This document shows, in pieces, positions 49,730 through 51,224 of a stretch of 51,224 nt of DNA (positions within the stretch are counted from its first letter, which is position 1; each line of letters opens with the position of its first letter). The stretch covers positions 1 to 51,224 of the forward strand of contig MU271514.1 of the NCBI GenBank assembly GCA_021432655.1, read 5' to 3'. Position numbers and translations under genes: made by a program. The DNA is from Atractiella rhizophila. Lineage: Eukaryota. The notes beneath the pieces are model-generated. The model made no database searches. It was given only the letters and a program-made list of their open reading frames with translations, and was not told the DNA's origin.

Positions 49730-51058
49730 ATGTCGACCTCCTCCAAACAACGTCTTCCTTCTCCGACATCCTCGACAGAGGCACAAATACTGCACTACTC
49801 TCCCACCCGCCATCATCTACCCTTCTTTCATCCCACACGTGCGGCATTCAACTCCTCGACTGACGCTGAAGCACCAGCAGCGAAATGGAACTCTCGAGCC
49901 CATCGGAAGGGTCGGTATCCGCTCGGGAAGGAAGTCGAGGTTCACCATCGTCCTACCACCCCGGCTGCGGCTGAGAAACTTGCAGAGAAGGAAGAGGAGG
50001 AGGTGAAGAGGACAAGACATCGGATGCGTCTGCATCGGACCGGAGGGAAGAAGAGATTTGGAGTATGGGCAGATGTCAGCTTTTGGGTGGTTCGTTTCTC
50101 CCTCTCGCATTCATACCTTGCTTAACCTAAACAATCAAAAAGGCAGTAATATTTACTTTTGGATCCATCGCGTGGATAGTTAACGGATTCTTCGTCTTTC
50201 TTCCTCTCCTCGCACCCTGGAGAGATACTATGAGCGAGCACGAACAAGGTGTGTGGGAGAAGATCGCGGTAGCCTGGGCATTCGTTGGTGGATCGAGCTT
50301 CGAGATTGCATGTTACTTGATGGTTGTAGAGTCCCTGAATCGAGGGAGGGAAGGATCCTTTGGCGTCGAGATGGAGCATTTGTTGGGGGCAAAAACCATG
50401 GACAAGAAATGGGTGTGGTGGTATGTCTTGTCCTTCCTGCATTAGGCAAGGCGTCCTAACACTGCTGAGTGAAGGGGAAAGGGAAATTGGCGAGACTTGG
50501 GATACATGGCGAGCATCATACAATTTGCAGGGGCGACGATTTTCTGGATCTCTACCCTTACTGGGCTTCCTGGTGTGATACCGGGGTATCCTGACGGCGA
50601 GTATTCCGTTGCGATCGTGGACATCTTCTATTGTTTGTCTCCTCCCAGTGCTTATTCCTTCTGACACGAGCCTGACGATCACGAATTCAGGGGTACCCCA
50701 AGTCATCGGCGGCTCAGGCTTCATTATCTCCTCCATTCTCCTCATGCTTGAAGTCCAGCACTCCCTCTTCGTCCCCAACCTCAGGTCTTTAGGTTGGCAC
50801 ATCGGATTATGGAATCTCATAGGAGGCACCGCTTTCACTCTATGTGGAGCACTAGGTATCGCTCCGACTGCAAATCAGAACTTGACAGGTGTAGAGTTCG
50901 AGTCTGCCAATTCAACGTTCTGGGGCAGTTGGGCTTTCTTGATTGGAAGCGTCATCCAAACCTGGGAGACTGTGTACAGGGAAGATCCGACTGAGAAGGG
51001 GAGGGTGAAGGAGGTCGATGAGGAGAAGGGCACGGTTACGGAGACACAAGCAACTTGA
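49730..51058 (+). CDS. Fungal integral membrane protein (multi-TM), spliced
   Basis: WNSRAHRKGR, DVSFWV|AVIFTFGSIAWIVNGFF, AFVGGSSFEI, PQVIGGSGFIISS, GWHIGLWNLIGG, STFWGSWAFLIGS. Confidence 0.75.
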
Positions 51059-51224
51059 CGAGTGATGTGCGGGAAAAAAAGTGTAAGAATCGTGATTGTA
51101 CTAAGCAAACTGTGAAAAGGTATTTTTGGGGCAAATTGAACAAACAATGATCAGTGAGAGGCACGCAGAAGACTGAACATATGAATGCTGAGTTGGGAAG
51201 TAAAGTACACTGCAATATTTATGG

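Overview
Eukaryotic fungal DNA, probably basidiomycete: gene-dense, ~50-nt GT-AG introns, a FunK1 kinase. The scaffold has three N gaps. Left third: a decayed tandem segmental duplication (APC10 3' part, orphan membrane gene, TYW1) with a RhoGAP pseudogene inside the first TYW1 intron, then the apparently functional TYW1. Next come RSM22 with an in-frame ~790-bp internal duplication, a double Zn2Cys6 protein, a DHA2-type MFS transporter, a short cobalamin-independent methionine synthase, PTPA/RRD2, an aldo-keto reductase, a JMJD7-like oxygenase, a FunK1 kinase, a large Lys/Glu-rich protein and two membrane proteins. The most striking observation is that sequence abutting the N gaps is written mirror-reversed (reversed but NOT complemented). 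About 44400-48210 hides almost the whole lanosterol synthase (ERG7) gene plus the C-terminus of the upstream gene, and 10703-10967 hides the continuation of TYW1. No six-frame translation can see these exons. This is most likely a gap-extension assembly artefact rather than biology.
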